Shown here: one piece after another, positions 11,150-20,299 of the stretch
Layout of the letters: each line of letters begins with the position of its first letter
Numbering within the stretch: the stretch's first letter is position 1
Assembly: GCF_004010195.1 (NCBI RefSeq)
Contig: NC_057719.1
Span: 119,637 to 140,318, forward strand
DNA: 20,682 nt
Reading direction: 5' to 3'
Source: Chiloscyllium plagiosum
Lineage: Eukaryota
The notes under the pieces: model-generated
What the model was told of the DNA's origin: nothing
The model's input: the letters and a program-made list of their open reading frames with translations, nothing else
The model's database searches: none
Translations under genes and position numbers: made by a program

Positions 11150-11375
11150 CCATATTTGGCTTTAATTGTCACGGAGCCTTCAGCAGTTGCTGGAATTCTC
11201 TTCCTTCACACTGTAGCTCAGACTTACTTCACAATGGTCTTTAAAATCTCTCTTTATACAAAGTCTTAATATATGACTCAGTGGCAGATTTTTGTTTGGG
11301 AACACTTGTTAAATGCCTTTGGACAAAGAATAGTAGACTGTTTTAATATGTTAAAGGTGCTTCAGAAATATGTTT
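11150..11375 (+). mobile_element. Degraded L2-like LINE 3' end
   Basis: GCCTTCAGC...TGGAATTCTCTTCC (AFS...WNSLP) and an ending TTAAAGGTGCT resembling an L2-type tail. Confidence 0.45.
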
Positions 11376-11850
11376 ATTATAATGCATCCAGCTACTTCAC
11401 TGAAGTAAATAAAAACCAAATAAGACAGATTTTGAAAAACTTTTGCAGGATATGTTAACAAGTTTGGAGAAAGAATGTGCAGAACAAACCATGGAGCATG
11501 GAGCGGGGAACAGACCCTGTCCCTGTGTTGTAAATTCTGCTTACTGTGTAAAATTGACAAACAGGTTTTTCCAGCTCCACTGTATCATGTTTCATGAGTG
11601 GACTCTGACCCTCTGTACTGCGGACTGCTCTGCCAAGGTCTAACAAAACAGCTAATGCACATTTCCCTGTCCTCTTTCCTCCCACAAGTTATTAATATTC
11701 ATAAGGAAAACCTGGTGACATGTGCTCACTTTCTTGATTTCCTGCTTGGTAAGCCTTAGTGCAAATGGGTAATCTCAGTTAATAACAAAAGAAAAGGAAG
11801 TGCCACCAATTGGGAGAATGAGTAGATAAAGGATATGTACTATACCTATG

Positions 11851-12155
11851 GGGTGGCATGGTTCATTGGTTAGCACTGCAGCCTCACAGCACCAGGGCCC
11901 CAGATTCAATTCCAGCTCGGGCGATATCTGTGTGGAGTTTGCACGATCCCCCCCCGTATCTGCGTGGGTTTCCTCCGGATGCTCCTGTTTTCTCCCACAG
12001 TCCATAGATGAGCAGGCCAGACTAAATTGCCCATAGTGTTAGGTGCATTATCAGAGGGAAATGGGTCTGGGTGGGTTACTCTTCGGGGGATCGGTGTGGA
12101 CTTGTTGGGCCGAAGGGCCTGTTTCCACACTGTAGGGAATCTAATCTAATCTAAT
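11851..12155 (+). mobile_element. HE1-like V-SINE
   Basis: tRNA-like head TGGTTAGCACTGCAGCCTCACAGC, V-domain TGTGTGGAGTTTGCA...GCGTGGGTTTCCTCCGG, CR1-like tail and (CTAAT)3. Confidence 0.9.
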
Positions 12156-12253
12156 ATGCATTCCAATCCTCAGAACATCCTTTAGCATTTTACAGCCAAT
12201 GAAACAGATTGGAAGGGTACTCACTGCCATAAGGGAAACATAGTGTTACCTGC

Positions 12254-12362
12254 CTTGGCCAATCAAACTTCCCGCTGTCGGAAGTTGACATGTCTCCATC
12301 AGCACCATATGACACTTTAAAAAAGGTGAAAGGTGGTGTTGCAGGATCTTCCTGGAATTTAC
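12254..12362 (-). CDS. ATG2B: ATG2B internal exon E (109 nt, GC donor)
   Basis: (G)KFQEDPATPPFTFFKVSYGADGDMSTSDSGKFDWP(R). Acceptor TCTCAG|GT. The frame of the next exon requires the phase-2 donor AAG|GCAGGT. Confidence 0.88.
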
Positions 12363-12510
12363 CTGAGATTAAGAGGAAGCCATTAAGCATTCAATGCAGC
12401 CCACAGCACTGCTGTATAATGACAACTAGCAATCCCACCCCCTTGCCAAACAGATTCATCCCTTCTGCTCAGAACTGGCTCAATAGGTACCAGTGAAACT
12501 CTTGTATCTT

Positions 12511-12710
12511 TAATTGGAGGTGCCGATGTTGGACTGGGGTGGACAAGGTCAAAAGTCACACAACACCAGGTTATAGTTTAACAGGTTTATTTGAAATCAC
12601 GAGCTTTCGAAGCTCTGCTCCTTCAGGTGTAGTTAGAAGGAGCAGCGCTCTGAAAGCTTGTGATTTCAAACAAACCTGTTGAACTCTGACCTAGTGTTGT
12701 GTGACTTCTG
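12511..12710. mobile_element. Palindromic Penelope-like element fragment with 13-bp target-site duplication
   Basis: 77-bp inverted arms at 12548-12624 and 12636-12712; ACTCTTGTATCTT repeated at 12498-12510 and 12711-12723. GAAGGAGCAGCGCTC.GAAAGC resembles Penelope pseudo-LTR ends (family call from recall). Confidence 0.7.
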
Positions 12711-12964
12711 ACTCTTGTATCTTGTCTGGGCAGATGAGGAGGCATCTGATCCTGGCATGGCCCTTCCCAATAGGGGATAACAGGTCATGAGGAGATGCTA
12801 GATGGGAGAGGGGAAATCATAGCCAGACAAAAATTAGGGGAAAAATTAAACTTACTCACTTGATAGAGGGTACATCATGCAAAATAAGAAACACCGCCAA
12901 GCTACAATCTGAACTTCTTTTCTTTTGACTATTAGTCTAGTAACAACATTTTTATGCTATCATT

Positions 12965-13200
12965 ACCCTCTCAAAGTGATGTGAATCTATGGAATTACTA
13001 AAGTACAGTGCACTGGATGCTGGTGACTGAGTAAAGAGGAGTTAGACATATTTTTAATCAGTTACGGGTTCAAGGGTTATGGAGAATTTGCAAGAAACTG
13101 GAGTTGAGGCCGAGATGCAAATCAGCCCCACAATCGAATCAACGGTGGAGGCTCGAGCAGGCTTGAGGTGCCGACTCCAGCTCCTAGCTCTTATGTTCTC
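12965..13200 (+). mobile_element. CR1 LINE 3' fragment
   Basis: GTGAATCTATGGAAT...AAGGGTTATGGAGA...GAGCAGGCTTGAGG...CTCCTAGCTCTTATGTTCT tail. Confidence 0.65.
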
Positions 13201-13277
13201 ATATCCCATGAAGTATAAACGTGGGCGCTGGTTTAAAATAATATTGGTAGAATAACAATAAAAGTCACTTAGCTCAC

Positions 13278-13551
13278 CAAGCAGTTCTTTGAAAGTGAGC
13301 TCCAACTTGAGCTGCTCATGGGATAAACTCCCAAATAACTCAGTCTTAAATTCTGCCTCGCTGAATTCCAAGTGCAGAATCTCCTTTTGTAGCGATTTCT
13401 TGAACCAGGGTCCTCTTTCCTGGTCAGATCGAAGGTCTGGGATTGGGAAGCGGATAGCCAGCTTGAACAAAGCTGTGGTGAGCTGTACAGATGTCCGCTG
13501 GTTAGCAGGCGAGGCAGAATCATCACGGAAAACTTCAGTGAAGGCTCTCTG
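13278..13551 (-). CDS. ATG2B: ATG2B internal exon D (274 nt)
   Basis: QRAFTEVFRDDS...RFPIPDLRSDQERGPWFKKSLQKEIL...LELTFKELL(G). Acceptor TTTTTCCTGTTGCAG|CAG, donor G|GTGAGC; phases 0/1. Confidence 0.95.
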
Positions 13552-13732
13552 CTGCAACAGGAAAAACGGGAAAAGTGATCACATCATGTGGAAGATACTG
13601 CTCCCTCAAGAAGTCAGTGATTGTCACAGAATGGTGGAGCCACACAAACCAGGAAGGCCCAATTCAATCTATGTTCCAGCTGCTCTCAGTATTTCAAAGA
13701 ATGGCATTTCCATAGTATGCTATTGAGCGTTT

Positions 13733-14025
13733 TTTAGATTAAATTACAGTGTGGAAACAGGCCCTTCGGCCCAACAAGTCCACACCGACCCGCCACCCAC
13801 CCATACCCCTACATTTACCCCTTACCTAACACTACGGGCAATTTAGCATGGCCAATTCACCTGACCTGCACATCTTTGGACTGTGGGAGGAAACCGGAGC
13901 ACCCGGAGGAAACCCACGCAGACACGGGGAGAACGTGCAAACTCCACACAGTCAGTCGCCTGAGGCGGGAATTGAACCCGCGTCTCAGGCGCTGTGAGGC
14001 AGCAGCGCTAACCACTGTGCCACCG
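13733..14025 (-). mobile_element. HE1-like V-SINE, little diverged
   Basis: Reverse complement reads CGGTGGCACAGTGGTTAGCGCTGCTGCCTCACAGCGCC...GGGTTCAATTCC, with an intact V-domain and tail GGGCCGAAGGGCCTGTTTCCACACTGTAA. Confidence 0.92.
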
Positions 14026-14167
14026 TTATAGCATTCCAAAACACTTCATAACCAATGAGATTGATGGAAGTGTTGTCAAGCAGAATGCAGGTCAGTCTAT
14101 TTGAACACAGTAAATTAACACAAGCAACAATTCAAGTATGACTAGATAATCAGTTTTTAAGTATTTA

Positions 14168-15088
14168 TAGAATTATTGAGTCATACAACATGGAAACAGA
14201 CTCCATAGCCCAACTCATCCACGCTGACCAGACTTTCCAGTCCGACTAGTCTCATTTGCCACCATTTGGCCCCTCCTTATTTATGAGCCCATCTAGATGC
14301 CTTTTAAACCTTGTAATTTTACCTGCCTCCACCACCTCCTCTGGCAACTCGTTCTGTACATGCACCACCCCTCTGCATGAAAACGTTACCTACAGTGTGG
14401 CACGGTGGCTCAGTGGTTAACAATGCTACCTCACAGCGCCAGGGACCCGGTTTGATTCCCGCCTCAGGTCTGTGTGGAGTTTGCACATTCTCCCAGTGTC
14501 TGTGTGGGGTTCCTCTGGGTGCTCCGATTTCCTCCCGCAGTCCAAAGATGTACAGGTCAGGTGAATTAACCATGCTAAATTGCCCATAGTGTTCGGTGCA
14601 TTAGTCAGAGGGAAATGGGTCTGGATGGGTTATTCTTCGGAGGGTCAGCATGCACTTGTTGGGCCAAATAGCCTGTTTACCCCCCCTCACGAAACAGACC
14701 TTGACTATTCACCCTATCCATACCCCACACGATTTTATAAAACTCTATAAGGTTACCTTCAGCCTCCAACGCTCCAGGGAAAAAAATCCTCAGCCTATTC
14801 AGCTTCTCTCTATGGCACAAACCCTCCAATCCTGGCAACATTCTTGGAAATCTTTTCTGCACCCTCTCAACTTTAATAACACCCTTCTATAAGGGCTACC
14901 AGGATTATACGAAGTACTCTAAATGTGGCCTCACCAATGTCCTGTACAGCTGCAGCGTGAGTCCCAACCCCTATACCCAATGTTCTGACCAATGAAAGTA
15001 AGTGTGCTAAACTTCTTCTTCACCATCCTGTCTACCATTGATTCCACTTTCAAGGAACTTTGCATCTGCATCGTAGCTCTCTTTGTTC
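14168..15088 (-). mobile_element. CR1 (HER1-like) LINE 3' fragment containing a SINE
   Basis: QKRFPRMLPGLEGL...L..L.IF motif (14677-14862) and tail GAGTCATACAACATGGAAACAG at about 14180. Confidence 0.85.
14397..14680 (+). mobile_element. HE1-like V-SINE nested in CR1
   Basis: GGCACGGTGGCTCAGTGGTTA head, V-domain, and a tail truncated at GCCTGTTT. Confidence 0.9.
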
Positions 15089-15707
15089 ATTGTTGAGGGA
15101 CAAAAACTAGCCAGAACACAGGACAGAATTCCCTAACTCTGATACAATTAGTGGGGTCGTGGGGTCTTTTATACTCACCTGAAAGGGCAGAAGGCTTCTC
15201 AGCTTAACATGTCATCCGACTGATGATACCCTCAACACTGCAGCACTCCGGCATCGCGCTAATGAAACCTATATCCTGATCTCTTGCATGGGCTGCAAGC
15301 ACTCTGAAGGTCAGAGGTAAACAGTACCCACTGAACAAAGACTGATACCGAAAAGCTATGACTGGACCACAGAAGGATACATCTCCTAACACTATCCAGT
15401 CCCACTAACCACGATCACTACTCAATGCTCCCTGTAGCAAGTGAATGACAGGTGAAGCTACATAGGGTTAGGATCAGTGCTAACTGGCCTCAGGTTACAT
15501 TCAAGCCTGTTTTATTTTCCCTATAACCCAGAAATTTTAAAATGTATATTTCCATTCATTTTTGCCTGATTATTTTAATCACACCTTCCTCTGGTAGACT
15601 TGGGGAAAAAACTCCAGCAGTCCCAGGTCACTCACATCAGGATGCAGTTCTTACTATTACAGAGTTCTTACTATTATTTCAAAAAAACCATTGTTTCCAG
15701 CACTTAC

Positions 15708-15896
15708 CAAACTGACATGTTTGTTAAAGGAGGTGTACATGTGTGATGCCATCATTTCTGCCGTAGCAAGTTTCTGAGGCTGCAGTAACGAGTTGAGCCT
15801 GTCCACAATGCTAATGTCCAATTCTGACTGAACCAGGCCTAGCTCAATCTGTAGGTCTGCCTTTTGTGGCACTGCTGTTAGTCTCCCTTGGCTGCC
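15708..15896 (-). CDS. ATG2B: ATG2B internal exon C (189 nt)
   Basis: GSQGRLTAVPQKADLQIELG...ELDISIVDRLNSLLQPQKLATAEMMASHMYTSFNKHVSL, an ATG2B-type segment. Acceptor CTGTCTCAG|, donor TTG|GTAAGT; phases 0/0. Confidence 0.95.
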
Positions 15897-16129
15897 CTGA
15901 GACAGAGAAAGCATGTAAACACTTGCACACTAATTAAAGTTAGACAATCACTTTGTAATAAATAAGAACACAGTCCTTTATGACCTTGAAAAATGGCTTC
16001 AGAGTTTTAATAAGATCAATGCCTATGTGAGTATCTTCACTATCCATCAACTATATCTGACTACATCGAGCTATGGTGAATATCAGTCCCCTCTGACAAG
16101 GCCACCACTTCATCAGCATCATCACAAAG

Positions 16130-16660
16130 AACAGAGATAACAATAAACTTTTTTTCCTTCTCAACCTTGATTTCCCATAACCTCTCAGCTGGCCATGTCC
16201 TCTCAATCTCTAAGAATGCCTACTTTCACTTTTGTAATATTGCCTGACTCAGCCTTTCTGCTGCCAAAACTCTTAATCATACTTTCAACGATCTCCTAGT
16301 CATACCCTCTATCCTCTTTTCTTTCCCAAATTCTGCCGATTAAATCCACCAACGGACTCGTTCTTTCCCCCCAGTTGCATATCCTTTCCCAGAATTACAA
16401 ACTCCCAACCTAAACATAATTTCGCTGACTCCAACCTCTTATACACTTCCTCAACTCATACCATTCATTTATCCTGGTAACTTCAGCTACCTCAGATCTA
16501 CCCTCTGGAATCCCCTCTTTAGTCCTATCCTCCAAACCTACTTTCTGCCCACATTGTATCTCCTCCTTCAGCTCAGCATCTATTGTCTACCCTGCTGTCT
16601 CTGAAGTGCGTTTTTCCAGGTTGTTGTTATGTGGGATTCCACTCAAAATATTAACATGCA
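16130..16660 (+). mobile_element. Degraded L2-clade LINE 3' fragment
   Basis: CTCAGCCTTTCTGCTGCCAAAACTCTTAATCATACTTTC (LS.SAAKTL.HTF), CTTCAGCT..CTCTGGAATCCCCTC (FS..WN.L), and pyrimidine-rich composition. Confidence 0.55.
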
Positions 16661-17679
16661 ATTGCAAATGTTAAAACATTTCTGCGGACCTGTCCCAACT
16701 TTTGAATCATAGTATTAATTACCAGAGAGGGAAAAAAAGGTCTTATCTCAAAAGGCTATTTAGTAGTAAATGTACAGCGACAAAAAATATTGTCAATATT
16801 TAATAAATGCAGAACTGAGATGACATCAGGAATCCCCTCCCATTTGATGGATAAAGGCTTGGATAAAGACAGAACTAGGTTAGATTTTAGAAATGGTTTT
16901 CTTTCCCAGAGATCAAACTGCCAGCTCCTGCAGAGAATGCTGATCACTGAATTCCTTCAAGTGAGAGCAGGACCTATTGCTGATTGGGGTAGAGATCACC
17001 TCAAACAAATGTAATAACAGGCCAAAATGATCCCCTGCGTTCGATTGATTGTCTGAGACAGATGGAGAGGAATTTTTTTTAGAGCACAAAGGCACAAGAT
17101 AAATGCCTTTTCTGTGTTGTTATTGTGTGTGCAAGCTCACGCAGGAAGTATAGACACTGATGTGAGTTATCAAATTAGGGGTCACAGCGTGAACAGCGAG
17201 AGACCACGAGATAGATTTTCAACTTCTCTCCCTAAGCATAAAAATTGTGTCGTGAATTGTTTGGCTACTATTAAAACCTGTTTTCATTCCTTTGCTCATG
17301 GGAGAGGAGTTCCTGGAGAATGCTGGGATCAATGATTTTCACAAACAGTGGACAATGCTGACTTTTACTTCGGGCTTTCTCAATCTATAAAACTGTGGAT
17401 AAGTGAAAGGTGCATTGTAAGTATCGGGTAAATAAGCAAATTCATGAATGGAGGGCACACGGGTGGTAGACTTTCCTGTAAATTAAAGAAGCCAGTTTTA
17501 TACCTGGACAGAAAATCTATATTCTTGCATGCTTGGACATTTGGACAAAAGTAGAGAAAAAGCACTGAGTCCTACTGCTAAATTAAACAGTTCGAGTGGC
17601 ACATCTATTGGAGGAAATCAATGGTCGTTGTTAATTCTCCTCTTAATTAAAAACTGTGTTCAAATTATTGGATAGTGTC

Positions 17680-18080
17680 AGAGAGTCATACAGCACAGAA
17701 ACAGACTCTTTGGTCCAACCAGTCCATGCTGATCATAATCCCAAACTAAGCTAGCCCCCACCTATCTGTACTTGGCCCATATCCCTCCAAACATTTCTTA
17801 TTCATGTACTTACTCAAATGTCTTTTAAACATTGTAACTGTACCTGCATCCACCACTTCCTCTGGAAGTTCATTCCGTACATGAACCACTCCCTATGTAA
17901 AAAACATTTCCCCACCTTTGTTTTAAATCTCTCTCCTCTCACCATTAAAAAATGCCATTTGGTCTTGAAATCCCCCACCATAGGGAAAAGACACCTGCCA
18001 TTCTCCTGTGAGAAAAGTTCCAGCCTATCCAGCCTCTCCTTAAAACTCATATAATTCAAACCCTTTCTGGTACAAAAGTA
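17680..18080 (-). mobile_element. CR1 (HER1-like) LINE 3' fragment with internal deletion
   Basis: SFKERLDRLELFSQE motif and tail GAGTCATACAGCACAGAAACAG, similar to 14168-14390. Confidence 0.85.
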
Positions 18081-18140
18081 AAACAATGTTGGATTCTCAA
18101 CACAGTCCCCTCAAGCTGGTAAGGATTAGTGGTTATGTAC

Positions 18141-18233
18141 CTGAACTCCTCTTCGGTCGATATGCTTATAGTGAAGCTGTACTAAAGGTGTGGGATGAGC
18201 TCCAGTTTCACTCTCTGACTGAAAAGTAATCAG
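18141..18233 (-). CDS. ATG2B: ATG2B internal exon B (93 nt), not in ORF track
   Basis: Manual translation LITFQSESETGAHPTPLVQLHYKHIDRRGVQ matches recalled LLTFHSKEETGSHSPVCLQLHYKH...GPQ. Acceptor TTTTTACAG|, donor CAG|GTAC; phases 0/0. Confidence 0.9.
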
Positions 18234-18553
18234 CTGTAAAAACAAACAGGAAAAATGGAAAAAGCAAGACTTTCATCCAGCACGCTTTAATTACTGGTAG
18301 CAGTATAATCCTAAACCAACTTTGCAAACCTCCATAACACGAGTTCAAATCTATGCCATTGAAATTATGACTGCAAGTAGTTAGAGATAGGGCTGGGTAA
18401 TCTCAGAGAGGTTCCCCGTGCTCATGGACACATGGTAAAACAGTAATAGTAACTGGCACTCTCAATTACAAAGGAATCAGAGAAATAGCTGTTACAGAAA
18501 ACAACAGATGATTTTAGTGCGGAAGTTCATTAATGGGGAAAGGACAGAAAGAA

Positions 18554-18896
18554 TGGCATGGTGGCTCAGTGGTTAGCACTGCAGCCTCACAGCACCAGGA
18601 ACTTGGGTTCCATTTCACCCTCAGATGACTGCCTGTGTGGAGTTTGTACATTCTCTCTGAGTCTGTGTGGGTTTTTGCCGGGTGCTCCGGTTTCCTCCCA
18701 CAGTTCAAAGATGTGCGAGTTAGGTGGATTGGCCATGCTAAGTTACCCATAGTGTTCAGGATGTGTAGGTTAGGTGCTTTAGCCATGGAAAATGCAGGGT
18801 TACGGGGTAGGGGCTCAGGACTGGGTGGGTTGCTCTTAAAAGGCTGATGTGCACTTATTGGGCCAAATAGCTTGTTTCCACATGTGGGGATTCTAT
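18554..18896 (+). mobile_element. HE1-like V-SINE, long variant
   Basis: GGCATGGTGGCTCAGTGGTTAGCACTGC head, V-domain, duplicated GATGTG..GTTAGGTG..T.GCCATG block and tail GGGATTCTAT. Confidence 0.9.
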
Positions 18897-19509
18897 ATTA
18901 ATAAAACTCACCTGCCCTCTTGCCCTGATCAGGCATTAATTAGTGCTGATGTATTGTGTTTGAACCACTTTGTAAAATCAATCAACTAGCTCTGCCTCAC
19001 CACACTGTCTGCTGACTCTTTCCTGTCAAACTAGTTACTGTCAGAGTATTAAGTAGGCCACAATGTCCTCCTGCTAAAGGTCAGGAAGACTTAGAAACCC
19101 TCATTTTGCACAGACTTCACTTTGAGGCACATACACATCTTCACATAAGGAGATTTTAAATATTTTATATTTATAAACTAATAAGAGGACAAATAGAAGG
19201 TTACAAAGAAGGAAGAAATCAGTTGGTTGTGTACTGGGAGTGTTTGAATGTGTGTATTAGCTAGTATCTGTCACTGTCAACTTCAATATTCCCTCATAAG
19301 CTGTGTGGGTATACTGAACAGCAATGGGTAGTTTGTCACAGAGGGAACAAGTCTGCTGCACACAGGCTACATTTTCTTTAAAATATCTGCATGTGTCACT
19401 GTGTCAACCTTAAAGGGACTGCCTGCAACACAACAAGCAGGTTCTGAATTGTAAACAGAAATTCAAAAACAATAATAGCCACTATTATATGCACGTTTAT
19501 GGCTCTGAC

Positions 19510-19660
19510 CTCTGTATATTGAGGTATGACAGTCAATGAATCCGTAGGGAAGAGACATTCTAGTAGTTCCATCCAATTAATGCTGACATCTGTGTTTAAA
19601 CTTCGAGAACTGGTGCCCCGTCGTTGTTCATAGCTCAGCTTGATGCCAGTTGCAAAGAAC
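19510..19660 (-). CDS. ATG2B: ATG2B internal exon A (151 nt)
   Basis: Translates (R)FFATGIKLSYEQRRGTSSRSLNTDVSINWMELLECLFPTDSLTVIPQYTE, matching recalled vertebrate ATG2B (TGIKVSYEQRQ...MEFLECLFPTD...YTE). Acceptor TTCCACAG|G, donor GAG|GTCAGA; phases 2/0. Confidence 0.92.
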
Positions 19661-19729
19661 CTGTGGAACCAGGAACAAAGAAGCAAAATTGTGAAATATC
19701 CACCAGAGATTGGATCACCAATGATGACT

Positions 19730-20295
19730 TACATCTATTTAATGCCTTTGTGTTATAAAATATTCCAAGGTAGCCCATAGAAACAATTACCAGACAATTT
19801 GATTCCACGCTACACAAGGAGATATTAGTGTAGGTGATTGTGAGCTAGAACAAAGGGGTGCTTTGAAAAGATAACAGAGAAGAAAGTGAACCAGAGAGAT
19901 TCGGCAAACAAATGCGAGAGTTTCGAGCCTTAGCATGTCCATCAATAGTGAAGTGGAGGAGGTTGGGATGTGCACAGGTTTGGAATTAGAAGATACCTTG
20001 GTTGGGGGAGCTGCTGCTGCAGGGTTAAAGGAGGTTACACAGATAGGAGTGGCAAATGCCAGAGAAAGATTTCAAAAGCAAGGCTGAGAATATTAATAAT
20101 ACAGATCAGGATCCAGTGTAGGACAGCGACACAGGATAGATGGATGAACAGGGCTTGATATGGGTACAGAGATTGAAGCGGGGTTCTGAATAAGCTACAT
20201 TTAGCTCATGCAAAGTTTACGCAGAGTGGACAGACAAGTCAACCAAGACACCATTGAAATTGTCTTGTCTGGAAGTAACAAAAACATGCTTGAGG
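19730..20295 (-). mobile_element. Degraded L2-like LINE fragment
   Basis: Purine-rich plus strand and a tail-like TTTAATGCCTTT...TTCCAAGG at the left end; similarity judged by eye only. Confidence 0.4.
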
Positions 20296-20299
20296 GTTT

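Larger units (their letters stand above)
14028..15340 (-). mobile_element. Old Deu-SINE-like element split by a CR1 insertion (pieces at about 14028-14165 and 15090-15340)
   Basis: Reverse complement of 15090-15260 resembles the recalled Deu domain (GGAGTGCTGCAGTG...CGGATGACATGTTAA...CAGGTGA...AAAAGACCCC). 14028-14165 resembles the following tail (GATTATCTAGTCAT...TTGCTTGTG...CATTGGTT..GAAGTGTTTTGG). Confidence 0.6.

Noticed and set aside
13289..13726. 145-aa plus-strand ORF
   Set aside because: Antisense shadow of ATG2B exon D with no recognisable motif.
13955..14025. tRNA gene
   Set aside because: The A/B boxes are the tRNA-derived head of a SINE, continuing into the V-domain and LINE tail; the same applies at 860, 11851, 14397 and 18554.
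16700..17640. Possible very old LINE remnant (minus-strand GF...DTIFMLR and EKAF-like words)
   Set aside because: Motifs are short and not convincingly colinear; a translated profile search is needed.
18912..19022. Possible 111-nt poison exon (donor CAG|GTGAGT, in-frame TGA)
   Set aside because: The acceptor TTTGACAG lacks a polypyrimidine tract, and exons A and B already join in frame; no support without RNA data.
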